Assembly (NCBI GenBank): GCA_050953085.1
Contig: JBMNLX010000002.1
Span: 9,866-73,865, forward strand
DNA from: Bacilli bacterium
GTDB taxonomy: Bacteria > Bacillota_I > Bacilli_A > ML615J-28 > CAG-698
Length of the DNA stretch: 64,000 bases
Reading direction: 5' to 3'
The notes beneath the pieces are model-generated. The model did no database searches, was not told the DNA's origin, and was given only the letters and a program-made list of their open reading frames with translations. Of the stretch, positions 56,248-64,000 are shown piece by piece. A program made the position numbers and the translations under genes. Every line of letters starts with the position of its first letter. Positions within the stretch are counted from its first letter, which is position 1.

Positions 56248-57336
56248 TTATCTTTTTGAATCGCGAAGCGAATAAAGTCCGGAGATCATTGTCTCGTAGA
56301 AAACGTAAACCGGCCCTCCCTCGTCATGCTCGCCGGAGATGAATTCATCCCGAAATATATCGAGCTCTTCCAGAAATTGCGACGACACGGGAAGCATCGG
56401 CGGCGCGTCGTCGCTAGTAATGACCGGCAAGGCAAAGTCTTCGCGGTTTTGATAATTAAGAAGATACTCGGGCATCGCGTCGTTAAGCGACCGGTAATTA
56501 TCCAAATCCTCATCCAAACTCAAGCAAACAAGTTCCGTTCGGCCTTCGTAAAACGCGTCAAGCTCGGCGTTTTCCGCGGTCGGGACGAGATAAGGGCTTT
56601 TGTCGGAATCGGCGAAAGAAAAATTGTTAACGAGATAGAAGGGCAACTTTCTCGACTCGTTGTTTTCCAAACTCGTCACCGTGACTTCCCAAACGCGATA
56701 CACGATTATCGGCGCATGGCCTTTCGCTCGCGCGGGAATTTTCGCGCCGTCACGAATTTTAAACCATAAGAGCGACCCGTAATCGTCCCGGTTCATCGCA
56801 AAGGCGTAATAGAGCAGCCCGTCGACGCTTTTCGGGTCAAACTGTATTTCCTTACCCTCGATTTCGACGCTTCCCGTTTCCAAAAGCCGCGCCCGGGCTT
56901 CTTCTTTTATATATCCCGCCACATAATACCTGTTTTCCGCCGTCCCGTGTTGTATTTCATAGAAATCATAAGTTTCATCTTCCAAAAAGCGGTCGATTCG
57001 TTCGTTAAAAGGCGGCGCCACGGTCTTTTCCCCGGTGAATTTATCAAGCGGCACGCCGAACGATTCTATCTCGTCAATCTTATCCTTATCATTAATATAA
57101 TAACGATCATAACTTGCCTCTTTTTTAATTATGACCAGGGAGCAATAAAAAATAATCAATATAATAACCGCGACGGAAGCCAGTTTCGAAATGATATCGA
57201 GACGGGCGACGCGGAGACTTTGCCGGTAGAAAAACAGGCGTCGGTAATCGATCTTATCTCTTATCGCTTCGAAACCGCCGGCGACGGAGACGCTCAGGGC
57301 TTCTTTCAGTTGCTTTTTCAAATCTTTCGTTTTCAT
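56248..57336 (-). CDS. single-pass membrane protein, candidate anti-sigma factor
   Basis: Short cytoplasmic N-terminus, one TM segment (ASVAVIILIIFYCSLVII), and a large extracytoplasmic domain. Directly downstream of the ECF sigma gene. No zinc anti-sigma motif. Confidence 0.45.
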   Translation of the reverse strand: MKTKDLKKQLKEALSVSVAGGFEAIRDKIDYRRLFFYRQSLRVARLDIISKLASVAVIILIIFYCSLVIIKKEASYDRYYINDKDKIDEIESFGVPLDKFTGEKTVAPPFNERIDRFLEDETYDFYEIQHGTAENRYYVAGYIKEEARARLLETGSVEIEGKEIQFDPKSVDGLLYYAFAMNRDDYGSLLWFKIRDGAKIPARAKGHAPIIVYRVWEVTVTSLENNESRKLPFYLVNNFSFADSDKSPYLVPTAENAELDAFYEGRTELVCLSLDEDLDNYRSLNDAMPEYLLNYQNREDFALPVITSDDAPPMLPVSSQFLEELDIFRDEFISGEHDEGGPVYVFYETMISGLYSLRDSKR

Positions 57337-57431
57337 ACGCATCACCTTTGCTCGCTAAATAAGACAATCGAAGGTCGAGAAACGGTTGTGGTAATTTTTG
57401 GAACAAAAAAAGCGGGATATAAATCCCGGCT

Positions 57432-57950
57432 TCAATCCAGCGTTTTTTTGTATTTTTTTATCGCCCGGCGATACTTCCCCTTAACCGAGTCGACGGTGGC
57501 GCCTTTCTCGGCGGCGATCTCCCGGAAGGTGAGGTTAAACACGAGCCGCATAATAATGATGTCGATTTCTTCTTCCGTCAAAACCCGATAAAGACTTTTG
57601 ATTATCGGAGGCAGTTTGCTTTCGGCGGCGGGAATGAATAAAAAATCGGAATCGCTGCGAATCGTTCCCGCGTCCTTTGACTTCAGGTAATTAAGCGACA
57701 GATTTCTCGCCGCGGTCACAAGCCAATATTTGATATTCCGAAATTGCGTTTTCTTAAGCGAATTAAAAAAGCGCATAAAAACTTCCTGGGTAATGTCTTC
57801 CGCCTCTTCCTTTCGTTTCACGATTTTAAAGGAAATATAATAGACGAGATTTTGATAACGATAATAGATTTTCTCGAATACTTCTTCCAGGGCGCTTTCG
57901 TTTTTCTGTTTGATCGCTTTTTCGATATCTTTTTTAAAATTGTCGCTCAT
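57432..57950 (-). CDS. RNA polymerase sigma-70 family, ECF-type sigma factor
   Basis: 172 aa with region 2 (EDITQEVFMRFF) and region 4 (FREIAAEKGATVDSVKGKYRRA). Confidence 0.85.
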   Translation of the reverse strand: MSDNFKKDIEKAIKQKNESALEEVFEKIYYRYQNLVYYISFKIVKRKEEAEDITQEVFMRFFNSLKKTQFRNIKYWLVTAARNLSLNYLKSKDAGTIRSDSDFLFIPAAESKLPPIIKSLYRVLTEEEIDIIIMRLVFNLTFREIAAEKGATVDSVKGKYRRAIKKYKKTLD

Positions 57951-58062
57951 AATAAACTCCGCGTCGCTAGTTACATTTTACCATAGTTATTAAGAATAGC
58001 AAGCAAACTATTCCTTCGCGCTTTGCGAGCGAAAAAAACCGGTCAGTTCAAGCGACCGGTTT

Positions 58063-58602
58063 TTAATCCCGACCGTTTAAATAATCCTCCCTTGTCATGA
58101 TATATCGCAAGGATCGGATAGTTTTCCCGAGCCGGGGAAGTTCCCTTGTTTCCTCGTCATAATAACGGAAACCGCATTTCTCGATAACCCGCTTCGAAGC
58201 CCGGTTATAATCAAAATGCCCGCACCATAAAACCTCGATATCCGTTTCCGTGAAAAAGTATTCGATCACGGCTCGGACCGCTTCCGTGGTTAACCCCCGA
58301 TTCCAATAAGACTTTTTCAGCGCATAACCGATTTCTCTTGATTTTCGCGGGTCGCCGGCGCGCGGGCGGATATGCGCGCCGACCGAGCCGATCACTTTTC
58401 CGGTCTCCTTATCCACCACTGCGTAAACGTCCGCCGCGGCGATAAACCGGTTAAGAATTTTTCTCGAATCCTCGATCGACTCGTGCCGAGGCCAACCGGC
58501 GTGAACTCCGACGCCTTCCTCGCTCGCATACTCGTATAAGTCCTCGAGGTCGGAATCCCGCCATAGGCGTAATATCAATCTTTCCGTTTCCAATGTTTTC
58601 AT
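58063..58602 (-). CDS. GNAT family N-acetyltransferase (RimJ/RimL-like)
   Basis: TERLILRLW N-terminus. GNAT core motif (NRGLTTEAVRAVIEYFF). Confidence 0.8.
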   Translation of the reverse strand: MKTLETERLILRLWRDSDLEDLYEYASEEGVGVHAGWPRHESIEDSRKILNRFIAAADVYAVVDKETGKVIGSVGAHIRPRAGDPRKSREIGYALKKSYWNRGLTTEAVRAVIEYFFTETDIEVLWCGHFDYNRASKRVIEKCGFRYYDEETRELPRLGKTIRSLRYIMTREDYLNGRD

Positions 58603-58624
58603 TGAATTATTGCTTTATTAATGC

Positions 58625-59413
58625 TTACTCCAATTCCAAATGCTTGTAAATCAAGTTCCGCGAAAGGAAATAAAGACCGGGGATAAAGAGCAGGGTCCAA
58701 AAGAGCTTGTTAAAGTTCAACACGATGTAGATGTCAAGTCCCGATAGGCCATGGTAATCTTCAAAATGGACGATATTAAAGCCATCGAAGTAGTGTAATC
58801 CGTAAGGTAACACCACAAAGAGATTACTAACCCAATTGAATATAAGCGTAATGCCGAAAAACACGGCGAACCCCACCAACATTTTATGCCGGCGGATTTT
58901 CCCGGCGTTAAGAAGCGCCAAAGCGAAAAGAAGTATCAAGAGCGTGAGTATTAATTGAAAGGCGAACGCTATCGCGCGAATCAAAAGCGGCAGGATATTG
59001 ATTATCTGTAGTATTTCCTTAAAGATTTTCACAAGATTATCAAAATCGATATTAACGGCCAGGATAATAAAAAAGCCGAACGCCACGCATAAAACCGTGA
59101 AAAAGTATAAAACGATATTGCAGATCAACTTGCTTATAATCAGGCTGTCGACCGATACCGGCAAAGTAAAGGTTAAGTAACCCTCGCTCGTGAACATTTT
59201 TTTATTGAACGATTTAATGATGTTGTAAATCAAAATAACGAACAGGGCAATGATCACGATGAATAGCGTTGTCAACGACAGAATTAAAATAACCGCCGAT
59301 CTGGAAGTGAGCGTCACCGCGACGAAGAGCGATAGAACGACGAAGACGATATTGGTAATCAAGATTTCAAAATAGGAGTTTTTGAACTCGTGTTTCAATA
59401 ATTTCCCTAGCAT
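58625..59413 (-). CDS. ABC-2-like multi-pass permease
   Basis: Six hydrophobic segments. Its start overlaps the stop of the ATPase gene. Confidence 0.55.
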   Translation of the reverse strand: MLGKLLKHEFKNSYFEILITNIVFVVLSLFVAVTLTSRSAVILILSLTTLFIVIIALFVILIYNIIKSFNKKMFTSEGYLTFTLPVSVDSLIISKLICNIVLYFFTVLCVAFGFFIILAVNIDFDNLVKIFKEILQIINILPLLIRAIAFAFQLILTLLILLFALALLNAGKIRRHKMLVGFAVFFGITLIFNWVSNLFVVLPYGLHYFDGFNIVHFEDYHGLSGLDIYIVLNFNKLFWTLLFIPGLYFLSRNLIYKHLELE

Positions 59414-60108
59414 CGGAACGCCTCCTTAAAGTATTCATTCAGGCTCTTTCCGGTCTCCTTGCGAAGTTCGTCGGCCGCTACGTACCGAAAAACCTCGCCC
59501 TCCCGCAAAAAGACGGCATAATCGACGATGTTTTCAATATCGCTGATAAGATGGGTGGAAACGATGACGGTCCCGGCTTTGTTATAGTGTTCCAAAATCA
59601 ATTCGAAGATAAACTCCCGGGTCGCGGGATCGACGCCGGCGATCGGCTCGTCGAAAAGATAAATCCCGGCCTGTCGCGCCAAAACCATGATGAGTTGCAG
59701 TTTATCCTTTGTTCCTTTGGACAAACTCTTAAACTTCTGACGCGGGTTGATCCGCAGGCGCTCAAGCAATCGCATAGCTTTTTTCTCGTTAAAATCATCG
59801 TAAAAATCGCGGAAAAACGCGATCGCGTCGAGCGCGGTCCACTGTTCGGAAAGATAATTGCAATCTGGCAAATAGGAAATAATCCTTTTCGATTCGATTC
59901 CCGGCTTATGGCCGTTGATCAATACCTCGCCTTCGTAAGTCATGAGCAAATTGGCGAGGATTTTTAAAAGCGTGGTTTTCCCGCTGCCGTTCGGACCCAT
60001 CAGACCGATAATCTTCCCGGCAGGCAGTTCCAGATTAACATTGCGTAAGGCGGTAATACCGCCGTATCTTTTTGTAAGGCTTCTAGTTTTTACGATAATG
60101 TTATCCAT
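59407..60108 (-). CDS. ABC transporter ATP-binding protein
   Basis: GPNGSGKTT, LSKGTKDKL and LFDEP motifs. Confidence 0.9.
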   Translation of the reverse strand: MDNIIVKTRSLTKRYGGITALRNVNLELPAGKIIGLMGPNGSGKTTLLKILANLLMTYEGEVLINGHKPGIESKRIISYLPDCNYLSEQWTALDAIAFFRDFYDDFNEKKAMRLLERLRINPRQKFKSLSKGTKDKLQLIMVLARQAGIYLFDEPIAGVDPATREFIFELILEHYNKAGTVIVSTHLISDIENIVDYAVFLREGEVFRYVAADELRKETGKSLNEYFKEAFRC

Positions 60109-60174
60109 AAATCCTCCCTACGGGTATTATATCATATTCGCCCAATAAAACAAAAATTTTTTGGAATATATCGC

Positions 60175-60975
60175 TTACCTGGCGAGAAGCATTTGATCGG
60201 TCAACTCGATATCGGCAGCGGCTTCGAATTTACGGAGCAAGTCTTCGATCGTAAGCTTTTTCTTAACGGCCCCGGAAGCGTCAAACACAACCCGCCCGTT
60301 ATCGAGCATCAAGATTCTGTCGCCATACCTTAACGCGTCCCGCATGTTATGGGTCACCATGATCGTCGTTAGTTTGTTTTGAGAGACGATTTCGTCGGTA
60401 ATCGAAAGAACCGTCCTCGCCGTTTTCGGGTCGAGCGCGGCGGTATGCTCGTCGAGAAGCAATACTTTCGGCTCGCCAAGCGTCGCCATTAAAAGCGTCA
60501 CCGCCTGGCGCTGGCCGCCGGACAAAAACCCGATCTTATGCGTCAACCGGTCCTCAAGACCTAGATTCAGTGTTTTTAGTTTTTCCCGGAAAAACTCCCG
60601 GGTTTCCTTGGAGAACGCCCAGCGCAACCCCTTCCGCCGCGGCCGGCGCAGGGCGATCGCGAGGTTTTCCTCAAGCGACATGTTGGCGGCCGTCCCCGAA
60701 AGCGGATCTTGAAAGACGATGCCGATATACTTCGCCCGCTCGTGTTCTTTGAGCCGCGTAACGTCGGCGCCGTTAATGCTGATTTGTCCGGCGTCGGGAA
60801 GCACGGAACCGGAAATAACGTTCAAAAGCGTTGTTTTACCGCTGCCGTTCCCGCCGATGACCGTCACGAATTCTCCTTCCTCGATAGAAAGCGACACGTT
60901 ATCCAAAGCGACTCGGACGTCTTCGGGCGTCAAGTCTTTATTAAATATCTTGGTGACGTTATTAATTTTAAGCAC
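60175..60975 (-). CDS. ABC transporter ATP-binding protein (COG1101-type partner of the COG2984 binding protein)
   Basis: GGNGSGKTT, LSGGQRQA and LLLDEHTAALD motifs. GTG 60975 follows GAAGGAGGGGG. Confidence 0.85.
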   Translation of the reverse strand: MLKINNVTKIFNKDLTPEDVRVALDNVSLSIEEGEFVTVIGGNGSGKTTLLNVISGSVLPDAGQISINGADVTRLKEHERAKYIGIVFQDPLSGTAANMSLEENLAIALRRPRRKGLRWAFSKETREFFREKLKTLNLGLEDRLTHKIGFLSGGQRQAVTLLMATLGEPKVLLLDEHTAALDPKTARTVLSITDEIVSQNKLTTIMVTHNMRDALRYGDRILMLDNGRVVFDASGAVKKKLTIEDLLRKFEAAADIELTDQMLLAR

Positions 60976-61879
60976 GGTTATACGCCCCCTCCTTCCGCCG
61001 CTGTTTCGCCGCCCGGATCTTTTTAACAAGCGGCAAGGCTAAAATAAAGGCGATGAGAATAGCCTGTAAGAGCTTCAAATCATTGGGATTCAGGCCCAAG
61101 GCGATGGCGACGCCGACTAAAACCTCGTAAGCGACGCTTCCTAAAATAACGGAAATTAGCCAGTTTTTAAACGAGCGTTTTCCGAATAAGATCTCGCCGA
61201 GAATAATCGCCGCGAGGCCGATAACGATCGTCCCTTTCCCGACGTCCATATTCGCGCTGTTCGCGCTTTGGGCGTGAAGCGCGCCGCATAAAGCGACGAG
61301 GGCGTTCGCGAGCGCCAGCCCGAAAATAATCATAATATCGGTGTTGATTCCCTGGGCGCGCGCCATTTTTTTATTCATCCCCGTGGCGCGGATCGACATC
61401 CCGATTTCCGTCCCGAAAAACCAATAAAGAACGAAAAAAATGATGACGACGACCAAAAACGTCGTAAGCGTCTCGGCGACGAACGCGTTCTCGATGATTC
61501 CCCGGGGGAACGTGTAAATCGTCGCGGCGTCGCCCAAATGAACCGCGGATTTGCCTAAGATCCTTAGGTTTACCGAATAAAGTCCGGTCATCGTGAGAAT
61601 CCCGGAAAGAATCGCGGGAATTTTAAGTTTTGTATGCAAGATGCCGGTAACGATTCCGGCCAAAAACCCGCCGGCGACGGAGAGCAAGGTCGCGATAAAA
61701 GGCGGGGCGCCTTTTAAGATCAGGCTCGCGGCGACGGCGCCGCCCATCGTTACCGCGCCCTCGGCCGTAAGGTCCGCGAACTCCAAGACTCGGAAGGCGA
61801 TAAAGATTCCCAATGCCAAAAGCGACCAGATCAATCCTATTTCAAGCGCGTCTTTTACGATATTTAGCAACTCATCCAT
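60968..61879 (-). CDS. ABC transporter permease
   Basis: About 300 aa with 8-9 TM segments. Lies between the binding-protein and ATPase genes. Confidence 0.8.
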   Translation of the reverse strand: MDELLNIVKDALEIGLIWSLLALGIFIAFRVLEFADLTAEGAVTMGGAVAASLILKGAPPFIATLLSVAGGFLAGIVTGILHTKLKIPAILSGILTMTGLYSVNLRILGKSAVHLGDAATIYTFPRGIIENAFVAETLTTFLVVVIIFFVLYWFFGTEIGMSIRATGMNKKMARAQGINTDIMIIFGLALANALVALCGALHAQSANSANMDVGKGTIVIGLAAIILGEILFGKRSFKNWLISVILGSVAYEVLVGVAIALGLNPNDLKLLQAILIAFILALPLVKKIRAAKQRRKEGAYNRA

Positions 61880-61890
61880 CGCGATCGACC

Positions 61891-62868
61891 CTATTCGATA
61901 ATCCTGTCGGCTCGGTCCAGAAGACTCTGGGGAATGACGATGCCGATTTCGTCCAATTCTTTTTTATTGATGACGAGATCGAATTCGGAAAGACCGGTCG
62001 ACGGGATATCCTTGGGGTTGACATTGTCCCGCAAAATCTTAACGGCCATTTCCGCCGTTTGCTTGCCGAGACGGTAATAATTGATGCCGAAAGTGATCGA
62101 GCCGCCCGCGGCGACGATATTCGGCTCGCCGACGATCGCCGGGATTTTCTTTTCCCTAAGAACGTCCTTAACGATTCCCATCGCCCCGGCGATGGTGTTG
62201 TCGGTCGGAATGTAGAGGGCGTCGACGCCGGACGCGAGCTGGCCTGCGACCTGCTGCAGGTCGTTGACGCCTTCGATAGTTTTAATCGTGACTTCAAGGT
62301 CGATTTTTTCCGCTTCTTCTTTGGCGATATTAGCCTGGACCGCGGAATTGTTCTCGCTCGCGGTATAAAGAATTCCCAGTTTTTTCGCCCCGGGGAGCAG
62401 TTCCTTCACCAGCGATATTTGCTCGGCGATCGGATTCATGTCGTTTGTGCCCGTTACGTTCCCGCCCGGTTTTTCGGGGCTTGCGATTAGTTTGGCGTCG
62501 ACGGGATCCGTCACCGCCGTGAAAAGAATCGGCGTGTCTTTCTTCTGCTTCTTCGCCTCGTTTACGACGGCGTTCGCCGCTTGCGTGGCGATAGCGAGAA
62601 TTAGGTCGGATTTACGGACGAGTTTCTTCGCCTGAAGCGACATCGTGTTGGCGTTGGCGTGCGGGTTTTCTTCCAGGATCGTGATATTTTCCCCGTCAAC
62701 GAACCCCGCTTCCGCGAGCCCGTCGATAAAACCCCTTTTCGCTTCATCCAACGCTTCGTGCTCGGTGTACTGAAGAATGCCGATTTTTATCCGCCCGTCA
62801 TCGCACCCGGCAAACATCGCGACGACAAGCGTCAATAAAAACAAACCAAAAAACTTACTAAATTTCAT
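61891..62868 (-). CDS. ABC transporter substrate-binding lipoprotein (COG2984 / ABC_sub_bind type)
   Basis: Lipobox (MFAGC). KIGILQYTEHEALD N-terminal strand typical of this family. AGGAGG RBS. Confidence 0.8.
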   Translation of the reverse strand: MKFSKFFGLFLLTLVVAMFAGCDDGRIKIGILQYTEHEALDEAKRGFIDGLAEAGFVDGENITILEENPHANANTMSLQAKKLVRKSDLILAIATQAANAVVNEAKKQKKDTPILFTAVTDPVDAKLIASPEKPGGNVTGTNDMNPIAEQISLVKELLPGAKKLGILYTASENNSAVQANIAKEEAEKIDLEVTIKTIEGVNDLQQVAGQLASGVDALYIPTDNTIAGAMGIVKDVLREKKIPAIVGEPNIVAAGGSITFGINYYRLGKQTAEMAVKILRDNVNPKDIPSTGLSEFDLVINKKELDEIGIVIPQSLLDRADRIIE

Positions 62869-62887
62869 TTTTTCCTCCTTATGCTCA

Positions 62888-63001
62888 TAAAATAAAAAAT
62901 TGTGTTATCACATCAAGTAATAACACAATAATCTTAGGCTTTTTTACCGTTACCGTGTTATTACTTTCGACGCCTTCGGCCGGTGTCACGTAATAACACG
63001 G
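62888..63001 (-). promoter_or_regulatory. four-segment attenuator: hairpin 1:2, alternative 2:3, terminator 3:4 plus U tract
   Basis: Minus strand segment 1 is CCGTGTTATTAC (63001-62990). Segment 2 is GTAATAACACGG (62964-62953). Segment 3 is ATTGTGTTATTAC (62929-62917). Segment 4 is ATAACACAAT (62908-62899), followed by TTTTTATTTT. Confidence 0.7.
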
Positions 63002-63051
63002 ATTTAATTATGACTTATGACTTACTCCCGCAAGAAAAAGCCAAGAATCAA

Positions 63052-63126
63052 TCAGTGTTTTTCATGACACCTTCTTGGAAAGTAATAATAATAATAGTAG
63101 TAACGGTTGACTACAAGCCTCGTCAT
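63052..63126 (-). CDS. leader peptide MTRLVVNRYYYYYYYFPRRCHEKH (seven consecutive Tyr codons)
   Basis: AGGAG lies 7 nt before ATG 63126. Codons 9-15 are TAC TAC TAT TAT TAT TAT TAC (63102-63082), then TTT. The TGA is at 63054-63052. Confidence 0.6.
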   Translation of the reverse strand: MTRLVVNRYYYYYYYFPRRCHEKH

Positions 63127-63152
63127 AATTAAGCTCCTATCAAGTTTAACTA

Positions 63153-63181
63153 ATTATATCATTATTATTATGCCTTGGCAA
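63153..63181 (-). promoter_or_regulatory. promoter of the leader / ABC uptake operon
   Basis: Minus strand TTGCCA (63181-63176), 17 nt, TGaTATAAT (63161-63153). Confidence 0.65.
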
Positions 63182-63250
63182 TGAAAAATTTCAAAGAAAA
63201 CGCTTACTGTAAGATATTTTTGAAAATAAAGCGCGAATAAACCGCTTACA

Positions 63251-63454
63251 TCATTGTTCCAGCAATTTAAGCGCCCTTTTGTAAAGGGGATCGAACTCGC
63301 AGCCGCAGTTACCGCATTCCGCATCCGCCCGCCGTAAAGCCGCGACAAGCCGCTCTTTGTCTTTGTTTCCGGATAGCCAGTCCCGCGCCGGCGCGGCGAT
63401 CACGCTCCAGCCCGAGCGAGCGAACTTCTCAAGTATTTCCCTTAACTCATCCAT
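63251..63454 (-). CDS. hypothetical 67-aa protein
   Basis: ATG 63454 follows AAAGGAGAA. Contains a CGNCGC motif. Confidence 0.45.
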   Translation of the reverse strand: MDELREILEKFARSGWSVIAAPARDWLSGNKDKERLVAALRRADAECGNCGCEFDPLYKRALKLLEQ

Positions 63455-63473
63455 AACGTTCTCCTTTCTTTCG

Positions 63474-63764
63474 TTATAATATCGACAGAATAAATAGCAC
63501 TGTGAATAATACAAAGGCTGCCAAAAAGAACAAAACGACGACCCAATCGTATTTTTTATTGTCTCTAACGGCAAGCCAGAAAAACCAAAATCCCGTAAGA
63601 AGCATCATGCCGACAACCGGGATCCTGACTTCCTTCAACATCCGGCGCATGCTCGACCATTCCGGATAATCGTCGATTAAATAGTTAAAAAAGATCCCCG
63701 TGCCGACGGCAAGCAAAAGAATGACGCAGCCGATAATAAAATTATGTTTCCGCAAATTTTTCAT
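63474..63764 (-). CDS. hypothetical small membrane protein (3 TM)
   Basis: ATG 63764 follows GGAAAGGA. Three hydrophobic segments. Confidence 0.45.
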   Translation of the reverse strand: MKNLRKHNFIIGCVILLLAVGTGIFFNYLIDDYPEWSSMRRMLKEVRIPVVGMMLLTGFWFFWLAVRDNKKYDWVVVLFFLAAFVLFTVLFILSIL

Positions 63765-63843
63765 CGCCAAAATCCTTTCCGCGTTTTTTCATCCTTTATA
63801 TTTTTTTCCCAATTCCCGTTCTTAAACTATTTATCTTTGATTT

Positions 63844-64000
63844 TTACATTCCGGGAAGTTTCAAAATGAAATCGTACAGATCGGTTATCCGCCCCCGCCT
63901 GAACGAATCAATCTCCGCGCCTTTCGCGTTAATCAGGCAATCCAGGAGAAGATATGTCTCGCAACCGAGTTCGCGGGCGACCATGTCCTCGTCGACGTCG
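63844..64000 (-). CDS. C-terminal fragment of a HAD-like hydrolase (runs off window)
   Basis: Minus frame ...DVDEDMVARELGCETYLLLDCLINAKGAEIDSFRRGRITDLYDFILKLPGM-TAA resembles HAD hydrolase C-termini. Confidence 0.4.
   Translation of the reverse strand, partial: DVDEDMVARELGCETYLLLDCLINAKGAEIDSFRRGRITDLYDFILKLPGM

Noticed and set aside
1-64000. CRISPR arrays, tRNA, rRNA or tmRNA genes
   Set aside because: No regularly spaced direct repeats were seen. No GGTTCGAATCC-type T-arm occurs in a cloverleaf context; the GGTTCG hits are terminator stems or the ileS leader. No rRNA-like conserved blocks were seen.

Overview
This 64-kb window looks like a chromosomal segment from a moderately GC-rich, probably spore-forming Firmicute (Clostridia-like). 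That assignment is an inference from the dacB-spmA gene order, an N-terminally extended L27 next to a Prp protease, a T-box-like ileS leader, and AGGAGG-type ribosome binding sites. Most genes are housekeeping or envelope functions. In order they are: dacB, a Fur-family regulator with a peroxiredoxin, ileS, a Fic protein, miaA-mutL-mutS, an oxidoreductase, an ECF S-component, obg-rpmA-prp-rplU, mscL, a lipid acyltransferase fusion, and two fused ABC/FtsX transporters. These are followed by two CvpA paralogs, cca, two mgtE paralogs, a GH9 hydrolase, oadGB-like decarboxylase subunits, an endonuclease I, pntAB, an SRAP peptidase, HU, and cell-wall enzymes. The window ends with a copZ/P1B-ATPase/Crp-Fnr operon, an ECF sigma module, and two ABC systems. 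One intact insertion sequence (IS1202-like, 27-bp target duplication) sits next to the rplU promoter. I recognised no rRNA, tRNA or CRISPR array. The most unusual signal is a 24-codon leader ORF with seven consecutive Tyr codons. It is followed by a four-segment terminator/antiterminator in front of a COG2984-type ABC uptake operon (62.9-63.2 kb). Secondary points are two promoter-to-terminator units with no convincing gene, and a class-II-positioned TTGAC-N4-GTCAA box in front of a metal-ATPase operon that encodes its own Crp/Fnr regulator. There is also a possible nuclease/inhibitor pair, and three interrupted reading frames (ileS, mgtE, a gene remnant). No recognisable phage-defence system was found. 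All calls come from reading the sequence and motifs; no database search was run.
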